Positions 8,529-16,055 of a DNA stretch of 23,247 nt are shown one piece after another; the stretch's first letter is position 1, and every line of letters begins with the position of its first letter. Source of the stretch: a virus (lineage: Duplodnaviria; Heunggongvirae; Uroviricota; Caudoviricetes). The notes under the pieces were generated by a model. The model had not been told where the DNA came from. It did no database searches and saw only the letters and a program-made list of their open reading frames with translations. Location: IMG/VR virus record IMGVR_UViG_2713896770_000034; one strand, given 5' to 3'. Made by a program: the position numbers and the translations under genes.

Positions 8529-9362
8529 TCAGCAATTGGTCAGAGTGTCAGCGGGGGCGTTACCGCCTGTTGCACGCTGGCGGTAGTCCTGGCGGCTGTC
8601 TTCATGACTCAGCTTATTCACCAGTTCTTTAAAGGCGGTTTGCTGCTCCTGCAGAGCAGTCTCCAGCTCAGACAGGCGTTCTTCCTGTTCAGCCAGGGAT
8701 TTTTCGGTGCGTGTGCTCAGGTTCTGCTGCTCAGTGGCGACCAGCTCCACGGCCTTATGCACATCAGAGAACCGGGCATCGTCTGACTGCTCTTTTTTGG
8801 TGAACAGCGCCGTGACGCGGGCAAACAGGGATGGTTTGTCATCCTGGACTTCTTCCAGTTCGATCACCGTTTCCTCTGCAGCGGTAAAAAGATTGGCGGG
8901 ATTCTGCTTGCGGTTTGCCAACGGGTTATGGGCTGCACTGGCGCTGAATGTCAGCATTTCCGTACCCAGACTGGCTGGATCATCAGTGGCAGCCAGGCCA
9001 ACCAGGTAGGCTTTGCCCGTATCAGCGAACTTCGGGCTGACTTCCATAGAGGTGAATAATTTCTGGCCTTTTTTCACCAGCTCCACCAGGGACTCCGTTG
9101 GCTCAACGTCGGCATACAGCGCCATCTTGCCTGCCAGCGGGCCTTCCGTGATTTCTTCAGCAAACAGCGCCGTCACCTTGCCGTAGCGGTTAAAGGTGCT
9201 GTCCGGCAGATAAGACTTGATGTGCTCAAGGTTAATCAGCGCGGTATACACTGCGGGGTTGTAGCTGGCTGCCATCTGTTCCAGCCATTCACGCTGGATT
9301 TCGCGTCCGTCGGTGGTGGCACCTTCCACCCCGATGCGAAAACGCTTTGCTTTCACTGTCAT
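8529..9362 (-). CDS. O: Capsid scaffolding protein O
   Basis: 277-aa ORF resembling P2 gpO, including the C-terminal ..TGGNAPADTLTNC; first gene of the late operon divergent from P. Confidence 0.9.
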   Translation of the reverse strand: MTVKAKRFRIGVEGATTDGREIQREWLEQMAASYNPAVYTALINLEHIKSYLPDSTFNRYGKVTALFAEEITEGPLAGKMALYADVEPTESLVELVKKGQKLFTSMEVSPKFADTGKAYLVGLAATDDPASLGTEMLTFSASAAHNPLANRKQNPANLFTAAEETVIELEEVQDDKPSLFARVTALFTKKEQSDDARFSDVHKAVELVATEQQNLSTRTEKSLAEQEERLSELETALQEQQTAFKELVNKLSHEDSRQDYRQRATGGNAPADTLTNC

Positions 9363-9440
9363 GAGCCGTGCTCCGTTAGAAAAAACTTACTGGAGCCTTA
9401 TGGTTGCGGTGATGAGGGCAGTGAAACAATGCGCGGTATT

Positions 9441-9458
9441 TGTACCGACAACCACACA
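9441..9458. promoter_or_regulatory. TGT-N12-ACA element in the divergent O/P late promoter region (candidate Ogr/Delta-type activator site)
   Basis: TGTACCGACAACCACACA seen in the 142-bp O-P intergenic region; only partial dyad symmetry. This motif also occurs by chance, so support is positional. Confidence 0.35.
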
Positions 9459-9504
9459 AACCGCAGGCGGGGAAAGCCTTCATTCAAGACTGTAGGTTTG
9501 TGCC

Positions 9505-11271
9505 ATGAACACCACACTGACACCCGCAGATCTCGATCCCCGTCGGCAGGCCATGCTGCTGTACTTTCAGGGATACCGCGTAGCCCGCATTGCTGAAATG
9601 CTGGGCGAGAAAGTTGCAACCGTTCACAGCTGGAAAAAACGCGACAAGTGGGGTGACTATGGGCCGCTGGATCAGATGCAGCTCACCACCGCCGCACGCT
9701 ACTGCCAGCTCATCATGAAGGAGCACAAAGAAGGGAAAGATTTCAAAGAGATTGACCTGCTAGCGCGCCAGTCTGAGCGCCACGCGCGGATCGGCAAGTT
9801 TAACAATGGCGGCAACGAAGCCGACTTAAACCCTAACGTCGCCAACCGCAACAAAGGCCCGCGCCGTCAGCCGGAAAAAAATGTCTTCACCGATGAACAG
9901 ATTGAGAAGCTGGAAGAAATCTTCCATTCCTCCATGTTCAACTACCAGCGCCACTGGTGGGAAGCCGGAAAAACCAACCGCATCCGCAACCTGCTGAAGT
10001 CACGCCAGATCGGCGCGACCTTTTACTTTGCCCGTGAAGCCCTGATTGACGCCCTGCTTACCGGGCGTAACCAGATTTTCCTTTCCGCCAGTAAGGCACA
10101 GGCCCACGTCTTTAAGCAGTACATCATCGACTTCGCCAAAGAAGTGGAGGTGGAGCTGAAAGGCGATCCGATGGTGCTTCCTAACGGGGCCACGCTTTAC
10201 TTCCTCGGCACCAATGCCCGCACGGCCCAGAGTTATCACGGCAACCTGTATCTGGATGAATATTTCTGGATACCGAAATTTCAGGAGCTACGCAAAGTGG
10301 CTTCCGGTATGGCTATTCACAAGAAATGGCGGCAGACCTATTTTTCCACACCATCCAGTCTGACCCACAGTGCTTATCCGTTCTGGTCCGGTGCGCTGTT
10401 CAACCGTGGGCGCAACAAAGCTGACAAGGTGGACATCGACCTGTCCCACAGCAATCTGGCCCCCGGCCTGCTGTGCGCAGACGGGCAATACCGCCAGATA
10501 GTCACCGTGGAAGATGCGGTGCGCGGCGGCTGTAACCTGTTCGACCTCGACCAGTTGCGCATGGAGTACAGCCCGGACGAATACCAGAACCTGCTGATGT
10601 GTGAGTTCGTAGACGATCTCGCGTCCGTGTTCCCGCTCAGCGAGCTGCAGGCGTGCATGGTGGACAGCTGGGAAGTCTGGACCGACTTTCATGCACTGGC
10701 CCTGCGCCCGTTTGGCTGGCGCGAGGTGTGGATCGGTTATGACCCGGCAAAAGGTACGCAGAACGGCGACAGTGCCGGATGCGTGGTGGTGGCACCGCCA
10801 GCCGTGCCGGGCGGCAAGTTCCGCATTCTTGAGCGTCACCAGTGGCGCGGGATGGACTTTCGCGCCCAAGCTGACGCCATCAAAAAACTGACCGAACAGT
10901 ACAACGTGACCTATATCGGCATCGACTCAACCGGCGTTGGTCACGGGGTTTATGAGAACGTGAAAGCGTTCTTTCCTGCCGTCCGGGAGTTTGTCTACAA
11001 CCCCAACGTTAAAAACGCCCTGGTACTCAAGGCCTACGACATTATCAGCCACCGCCGTCTGGAGTTTGACGCCGGGCACACCGACATTGCGCAGTCATTC
11101 ATGGCAATCCGTCGCGCCACCACCGCCAGTGGCAACCGCCCGACCTATGAAGCCAGCCGCAGCGAAGAAGCCAGCCACGCCGATCTGGCCTGGGCAACGA
11201 TGCACGCACTGTTTAACGAACCGCTGCAGGGCGAATCCGCCAATACCAGCAATATTGTGGAGATTTTTTGA
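9505..11271 (+). CDS. P: Terminase large (ATPase) subunit P
   Basis: 588-aa ORF (P2 gpP is about 590 aa), divergent from O; stop overlaps Q start (TGATG). Confidence 0.9.
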   Translation: MNTTLTPADLDPRRQAMLLYFQGYRVARIAEMLGEKVATVHSWKKRDKWGDYGPLDQMQLTTAARYCQLIMKEHKEGKDFKEIDLLARQSERHARIGKFNNGGNEADLNPNVANRNKGPRRQPEKNVFTDEQIEKLEEIFHSSMFNYQRHWWEAGKTNRIRNLLKSRQIGATFYFAREALIDALLTGRNQIFLSASKAQAHVFKQYIIDFAKEVEVELKGDPMVLPNGATLYFLGTNARTAQSYHGNLYLDEYFWIPKFQELRKVASGMAIHKKWRQTYFSTPSSLTHSAYPFWSGALFNRGRNKADKVDIDLSHSNLAPGLLCADGQYRQIVTVEDAVRGGCNLFDLDQLRMEYSPDEYQNLLMCEFVDDLASVFPLSELQACMVDSWEVWTDFHALALRPFGWREVWIGYDPAKGTQNGDSAGCVVVAPPAVPGGKFRILERHQWRGMDFRAQADAIKKLTEQYNVTYIGIDSTGVGHGVYENVKAFFPAVREFVYNPNVKNALVLKAYDIISHRRLEFDAGHTDIAQSFMAIRRATTASGNRPTYEASRSEEASHADLAWATMHALFNEPLQGESANTSNIVEIF

Positions 11272-12320
11272 TGGGAAAGAGTAAGAAGAACCGCGCTGCG
11301 GCGACGAACCAGATTCAGCATAAAAGCCAGACTTCAGCCGAAGCATTCAGCTTTGGCGATCCCATTCCAGTACTGGACCGCCGCGAACTGCTGGACTATG
11401 TGGAATGCGTACAGATGGACCGCTGGTATGAGCCGCCCGTCAGCTTTGACGGACTGGCACGAACCTTCCGCGCCGCCGTGCATCACAGCTCACCAATTGC
11501 GGTGAAATGCAACATTCTGACCAGTACCTACATCCCTCACCCGCTGCTCAGCCAGCAGGCTTTTTCACGTTTTGTGCAGGACTATCTGGTATTTGGTAAC
11601 GCCTACCTGGAGAAACGCACGAACCGCTTCGGTGAAGTTATCGCCCTTGAGCCTGCTCTGGCAAAATACACCCGACGCGGGTTAGACCTGGATACCTACT
11701 GGTTTGTGCAATACGGTATGACAACCCAGCCGTATCAGTTCACGAAAGGCAGCATTTTTCATCTGATGGAACCGGATATTAATCAGGAGATCTACGGCCT
11801 GCCCGGCTATCTTTCTGCCATTCCGTCCACCCTGCTCAATGAGTCCGCCACGCTGTTCCGTCGAAAGTATTACATTAACGGCAGTCATGCTGGCTTCATC
11901 ATGTACATGACCGACGCTGCGCAGAACCAGGAGGATGTGAACAACCTCCGCAACGCGATGAAAAGCGCCAAAGGTCCAGGCAACTTCCGCAACCTGTTTA
12001 TGTACTCGCCTAACGGCAAAAAGGACGGGCTTCAGATCATCCCGTTGTCAGAAGTCGCAGCGAAAGATGAATTTCTGAACATCAAGAACGTGAGTCGTGA
12101 TGACATGATGGCCGCGCATCGTGTTCCGCCACAGATGATGGGGATTATGCCGAATAATGTTGGGGGTTTTGGGGATGTGGAAAAAGCGAGCCGTGTCTTC
12201 GTCCGCAATGAACTGATGCCGCTGCAAAAGCGGCTGCAGGAGCTGAATTACTGGCTAGGTAAAGAGGTGATCCGCTTCGAGCCCTACACGCTGGGAATAG
12301 ACACAAACAACGATAGCTAA
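11271..12320 (+). CDS. Q: Portal vertex protein Q
   Basis: Track ORF starts at TTG 11268; ATG at 11271 gives 349 aa (P2 gpQ about 344 aa); follows P in one operon as in P2. Confidence 0.9.
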   Translation: MGKSKKNRAAATNQIQHKSQTSAEAFSFGDPIPVLDRRELLDYVECVQMDRWYEPPVSFDGLARTFRAAVHHSSPIAVKCNILTSTYIPHPLLSQQAFSRFVQDYLVFGNAYLEKRTNRFGEVIALEPALAKYTRRGLDLDTYWFVQYGMTTQPYQFTKGSIFHLMEPDINQEIYGLPGYLSAIPSTLLNESATLFRRKYYINGSHAGFIMYMTDAAQNQEDVNNLRNAMKSAKGPGNFRNLFMYSPNGKKDGLQIIPLSEVAAKDEFLNIKNVSRDDMMAAHRVPPQMMGIMPNNVGGFGDVEKASRVFVRNELMPLQKRLQELNYWLGKEVIRFEPYTLGIDTNNDS

Positions 12321-12324
12321 ATTT

Positions 12325-12361
12325 AAAAGCAGCGCCTCTGCTTGTTAAAGGCGCTGCTAAG
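12325..12361. terminator. Putative bidirectional stem-loop terminator between convergent Q and the 223-aa gene
   Basis: Perfect 9-bp inverted repeat AGCAGCGCC ... GGCGCTGCT about 12328..12358, flanked by A/T runs on both sides. Confidence 0.35.
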
Positions 12362-12371
12362 CCTCAAGAAA

Positions 12372-13043
12372 TTATCGCTCTTCCCCAAGAATTCCGGTCT
12401 TAATCAGCTGATTCCAGAAGTTTTTCATTTTCTGTCCTGTCTGCTGATTAACAAATAGAGATGATCTGGCACCGTGCGGATATCCCATCAACTGCCCGCG
12501 CATATCTTCCCAATTTTCACAATAAACTGCATGCCGCCAGTTAGGAACCTCGCTTTCAAGCATCAATCCAATTGCTGCTTTTGCTGGAATGGTGCCATCC
12601 TCTTCCATATCTTCCGAAATAAGCCAATGGCATTTTATTAACAACGGGACGGCGTTGTCATTATAAAGCACAACGTCATCAATCTTCTCAATAGAGAAAT
12701 GGGCATCCGTGTGCTTTAGACGTTTTATACCAGCTATAAATTCATCAACCCTATGACCATAAGGACAGGTAAGAATGCCGTTCCTGAAATAGACCGTGTG
12801 GTCCAGGTATTTAAAGCTAGGAGTATTATTGGGAGTCATAGGCGCCCAAATAGCTTTATCTCTTTCCAGCAAAAAAGGATGCCATGCTGGATACCCATCC
12901 ACTACTGGCCCACATTCTTCAACAATTTCTTTGAGCTTCGCCCTAACTTTCGAACGCATCTCCTGATTTGAACCTTGTGGAACTAGATATCTGTAAGCAT
13001 TTTCGAAATTCGATGCTGCTGCTTCTTCCGCTCTGAAAGCCAT
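12372..13043 (-). CDS. Hypothetical 223-aa accessory protein, no recognisable family
   Basis: ATG at 13043 preceded by GGGGTG; plausible sigma70 promoter (TTGATA-18 bp-TATATT) upstream; G+C visibly below the phage backbone; lies between portal Q and cos where P2 has no gene. Confidence 0.65.
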   Translation of the reverse strand: MAFRAEEAAASNFENAYRYLVPQGSNQEMRSKVRAKLKEIVEECGPVVDGYPAWHPFLLERDKAIWAPMTPNNTPSFKYLDHTVYFRNGILTCPYGHRVDEFIAGIKRLKHTDAHFSIEKIDDVVLYNDNAVPLLIKCHWLISEDMEEDGTIPAKAAIGLMLESEVPNWRHAVYCENWEDMRGQLMGYPHGARSSLFVNQQTGQKMKNFWNQLIKTGILGEER

Positions 13044-13263
13044 AAAACACCCCGCAATATAGATACATTACGCACAACGTATCAATTTCATGCACAAGTT
13101 GCAATGTTTGTGTTTTACCGCTTAAGCCAATTCCCTCAATAAACAACCTCAACAACTTCCTGTGGGGCGGTTTTTTTGCTGCTGCACCTCACCATTTCAA
13201 TTTGAAGCCGCTAGCGGGCCGTAGGCTGTGCCGAGTTTTTGCTATTTCACCTCGTTGCGCGCG

Positions 13264-13282
13264 CTCGTATCCCCGCCACGCC
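13264..13282 (-). other. cos site (P2/186-type cohesive end)
   Basis: Minus strand reads GGCGTGGCGGGG followed by ATACGAG; the first 12 nt match the 186 cos cohesive end as I recall it (GGCGTGGCGGGGAAAGCAT; P2 GGCGAGGCGGGGAAAGCAC). Located between Q and the replication side, as in P2. Confidence 0.55.
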
Positions 13283-13561
13283 TGCCCGCTTTATGTAGTG
13301 GTTTTCATGCACCTGCATGTTCTACGTAAAAGCCCGCTAGTTCTGGCGAGCCTTAGCAAAAACGATCCTTAAACGATCATGCGATTTCATGCAGCATAGT
13401 CATGCACTGTCTAAGAGAAGTGAAAGTCCGTATCTGAATGACCACTTGAAAAACGAAACATACAGACTTACAAAGATGAAGCTCTACTGTGAGCGAGGAA
13501 CATACATAGTTGCTCTGTAATAGCCAAATTTTAAGCAGGAAATCTCTTTTTTATGACAAAA

Positions 13562-13600
13562 CTATAAAGAAAAACAGACCGTTTCATCGCTCGATGAAAA
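13562..13600 (-). terminator. Possible intrinsic terminator downstream of the 525-aa gene
   Basis: Inverted repeat TTTCATCG/CGATGAAA right after the stop codon, followed on the minus strand by TGTTTTTCTTT. AT-rich stem, so weak. Confidence 0.3.
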
Positions 13601-13604
13601 TATA

Positions 13605-15182
13605 CTACAATACTTTTCTCTCGATGGTATTTTTAATGGTCAACATATCTTTAGGAATACTTTTTTTCCCCTCTATACGTATGGTAAACACAAAAAGAAT
13701 AACGGCTGATCTCACAATTTTCATGAGTTGTAAGAGCTGTTTCTCAAACTTTTCTTTCTCAATAAATCTCACCTCATCAAAAAATCCATAAGAATTATAT
13801 AAATCAACTAACATGTCTTTCTCGTGAATAACTAACAGTTTATGTTCTAAATCATTCCTCCATTCTTTAAAAAAAGCAAGCTCACCATTTTTATCATTCA
13901 AATCCATAGCAATACTAAACAAACCCAGCAATCCTTTATTATTTATTTTGTTTATTTTAAGCTTTCTTTTTTCATCACTAATCCGCCAGAAGTTATGAAA
14001 GTATATATGTCCTCTATCTGGTTTTAAATCAAATAATTGACACAGAGCAACTGCTATTTTATCCAAGATACCAAAGCAAGCTCTAAATGCAACCCTTAAC
14101 TTCTCAACATTTTCATACAATATTTCTCCATTATACAATTCAGAATAACATACCTCCGAATCCTCATCAAAAAACTCACTATCAACCTTATATTCAAAAA
14201 ACATTTTTCGTGCTAAGGAATACTCAGCTTTAAGTCTATTTAACACCATTTCCATTGGCACTATAAAATCACCAAACACACCTTCCTCGGTGGTAGCAAT
14301 AGTTATATTATCTTTAGATGACGCATAACAATTGCAATATAGCGAATGATCAGACAACATTAGATTATTATCTATACAAAACCTCTGGTAGTTTGATAAA
14401 GTATCATACTCCTCCTGCGTGAGCCTTTCATCTGTACTTATATCCTCTATGCCATATACACATGATTCACTCAATATACTTTCGTTGTACTTTATTTTTC
14501 TTTGAAGAGCAACCTTCCATGAAGGAAAACATTTCCCTGACTTTATTGCACACTCATAACCTCGAATAACTTCTTTAATCATTTTATATGTATATGTTGT
14601 AGATAATTCATTAAGCAATTCTAATGCCTCAGATCTGTTTACCCACGCCTGAGGAATTGAGTTATCAATAGATATTGCTTGTTCATAATAATCCATTGAT
14701 TCAGATATACGATATTGTTTTTTTAATACATTAGCTAGATTAACTATTAAATCAGGGGGCACCCATCCATCTTCTTGTGAAAGTTTAAACGCTTTCCAGT
14801 AATTATTTTTTACATCATTCAGCTTAATGAAACTATCAATATCTGCATTGTCATTAGGATTAAAATCAAGAACTGCGCTCATTCCATTTGCCAAGTTATA
14901 GTAATATAAGGATTCTTTCATTATAGTCAGAAATTCATTTTTATTGTTTATAAAGATATTTAAGCCTTCCTCCGCTATATTTTTTACATTACTAAAACTT
15001 CCGATATCAATAAGATTTCCGGCCAAATTAGATAATATAATTATTCTATTTTCTTTGATTGTATTTATCTCATCGATACCGTTAAGAATATCCTTTACAT
15101 TTTTATAGGCAGAATCAAATGAACCTGCATTAATAAGATCATCTACGAACCCCATTTTTGAAACAACATAGTTGATATCCAT
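13605..15182 (-). CDS. 525-aa AT-rich accessory protein; N-terminal TPR-like helical repeats, C-terminal HEPN-like region with one R-N-x-x-x-H motif; candidate abortive-infection/defence effector
   Basis: ATG at 15182 with AGAGGA Shine-Dalgarno; 1578-nt frame open in very AT-rich DNA; RNDLEH at residues 442-447 (nt about 13842..13859); no Walker A and no reverse-transcriptase YxDD motif seen. Occupies the P2 old/tin position next to cos. Confidence 0.8.
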   Translation of the reverse strand: MDINYVVSKMGFVDDLINAGSFDSAYKNVKDILNGIDEINTIKENRIIILSNLAGNLIDIGSFSNVKNIAEEGLNIFINNKNEFLTIMKESLYYYNLANGMSAVLDFNPNDNADIDSFIKLNDVKNNYWKAFKLSQEDGWVPPDLIVNLANVLKKQYRISESMDYYEQAISIDNSIPQAWVNRSEALELLNELSTTYTYKMIKEVIRGYECAIKSGKCFPSWKVALQRKIKYNESILSESCVYGIEDISTDERLTQEEYDTLSNYQRFCIDNNLMLSDHSLYCNCYASSKDNITIATTEEGVFGDFIVPMEMVLNRLKAEYSLARKMFFEYKVDSEFFDEDSEVCYSELYNGEILYENVEKLRVAFRACFGILDKIAVALCQLFDLKPDRGHIYFHNFWRISDEKRKLKINKINNKGLLGLFSIAMDLNDKNGELAFFKEWRNDLEHKLLVIHEKDMLVDLYNSYGFFDEVRFIEKEKFEKQLLQLMKIVRSAVILFVFTIRIEGKKSIPKDMLTIKNTIERKVL

Positions 15183-15432
15183 TCAATCCTCTTTAAACTA
15201 AGCTAATAATACCAATCATTATATGGATGAGATCAATATAGAACATGCCATCTCCGGCAAAAATCGTACTACATCAGACCAGTGCCCTTCAAATAATATA
15301 AATTGAACTTAGATACTTCTGCTTCAACCAGTGTGTTAAATCCATCGCTTGAACTCAGAACAAAAAGCGGACGATCACTTATCAAAATGGCCGTCCACCT
15401 AACGCCTCGTTTCACTCGTTGCCCAAAATAGT

Positions 15433-15460
15433 CCCCCATCAGAATGAATCCTCTTGGGGG
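15433..15460 (-). terminator. Possible terminator hairpin after the DinI-like gene
   Basis: Inverted repeat CCCCCA ... TGGGGG (16-nt loop) about 10 nt after the stop codon, followed on the minus strand by TATTTT. Weak T-tract. Confidence 0.3.
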
Positions 15461-15469
15461 CAACGTTTC

Positions 15470-15703
15470 TTAATGCAGCCAGCTGTCGTCTTCCCACACC
15501 TTCTGCATAATTTTCATCACTTGCTTCCTTTCTTCGTCCAGTTGCAGTCCGGTCAGTTCCACACCGTTAGAGCTACCTTTGCGAATGCGAATTACCGTTT
15601 TGGGATACAGGGGGCGCAGATTGCGGTAAAGCTCGGATTCAAGGGCGTCCAGGGTAGACTGGCTAATCTTCTGCTCTTTATCGATCATTATTTCAATGCG
15701 CAT
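15470..15703 (-). CDS. DinI-like protein
   Basis: Track ORF 15470..15775; ATG at 15703 with GAGGTG Shine-Dalgarno gives 77 aa MRIEIMIDKEQ...WEDDSWLH, which matches E. coli DinI (81 aa) in length and in conserved positions (MRIE start, DAL..EL, acidic W-containing C-terminus). Confidence 0.85.
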   Translation of the reverse strand: MRIEIMIDKEQKISQSTLDALESELYRNLRPLYPKTVIRIRKGSSNGVELTGLQLDEERKQVMKIMQKVWEDDSWLH

Positions 15704-15713
15704 AAAAGTCACC

Positions 15714-15902
15714 TCAGCTGATGACATCCATTGAGCGGTTGTATTCGTGGGTTCTGATTTTTGCCATGAGTTCATCTGTCAGTTCAGAAACCCACTGCAG
15801 GGCCAGCCCCTTCTCTTCATCACTACACTCACTAGCCGCTACAAGCTTAAGAAAAAAATCAATGCGCTGGAGCTTCAAAGACTCCAAAAAATAGTCCTGC
15901 AT
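15714..15902 (-). CDS. Small SOS-regulated protein, possible Tum-like antirepressor N-terminal part
   Basis: Track ORF 15714..16004; ATG at 15902 preceded by AGGAGG, 62 aa; sits directly downstream of the LexA box and upstream of the DinI-like gene. Function inferred from context only. Confidence 0.5.
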   Translation of the reverse strand: MQDYFLESLKLQRIDFFLKLVAASECSDEEKGLALQWVSELTDELMAKIRTHEYNRSMDVIS

Positions 15903-15945
15903 CTTTCCTCCTATGACACCACAAGCAATACTGTACGCATAACCA

Positions 15946-15961
15946 CTGTTTATATTTACAG
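15946..15961 (-). promoter_or_regulatory. LexA operator (SOS box) overlapping a sigma70-like promoter
   Basis: CTGTTTATATTTACAG is a perfect CTGT-N8-ACAG with an AT-rich spacer (20-mer CACTGTTTATATTTACAGTA); about 44 bp upstream of the small ORF start; candidate -35 TTTACA and -10 TATACT on the minus strand overlap it. Confidence 0.7.
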
Positions 15962-16055
15962 TATATAATAATCTTACTGATGTAAAACGTTTTTTTACGT
16001 TCATCAGCCTGATATACCTGGTATTATTAAGAGCACGAATTGTTAACCCGCGTAA

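Noticed and set aside
7970-8632. 220-aa plus-strand ORF
   Set aside because: Antisense to the capsid gene N and scaffold gene O, which have clear homology; no ribosome-binding site noted.
9497-9514. Second TGT-N12-ACA match overlapping the P start codon
   Set aside because: Overlaps coding sequence and the start codon; this loose motif is expected by chance several times in 23 kb.
10288-10869. 193-aa and 94-aa minus-strand ORFs inside the terminase gene
   Set aside because: Antisense to the 588-aa terminase ATPase ORF, which is the supported reading.
13044-13604. Possible CRISPR array or tRNA in the cos spacer
   Set aside because: The repeats are short (9-10 bp), irregularly spaced and not separated by uniform spacers; no cloverleaf-compatible tRNA-like sequence noticed. 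Better explained as packaging or regulatory repeats.
13510-13791. 93-aa plus-strand ORF
   Set aside because: Low-complexity product of AT-rich DNA, antisense to the 3' end of the 525-aa gene.
15269-15463. 64-aa minus-strand ORF between the DinI-like gene and the 525-aa gene
   Set aside because: Starts at a non-ATG codon, has no ribosome-binding site, and overlaps the putative terminator hairpin and the promoter region of the 525-aa gene; more likely non-coding.
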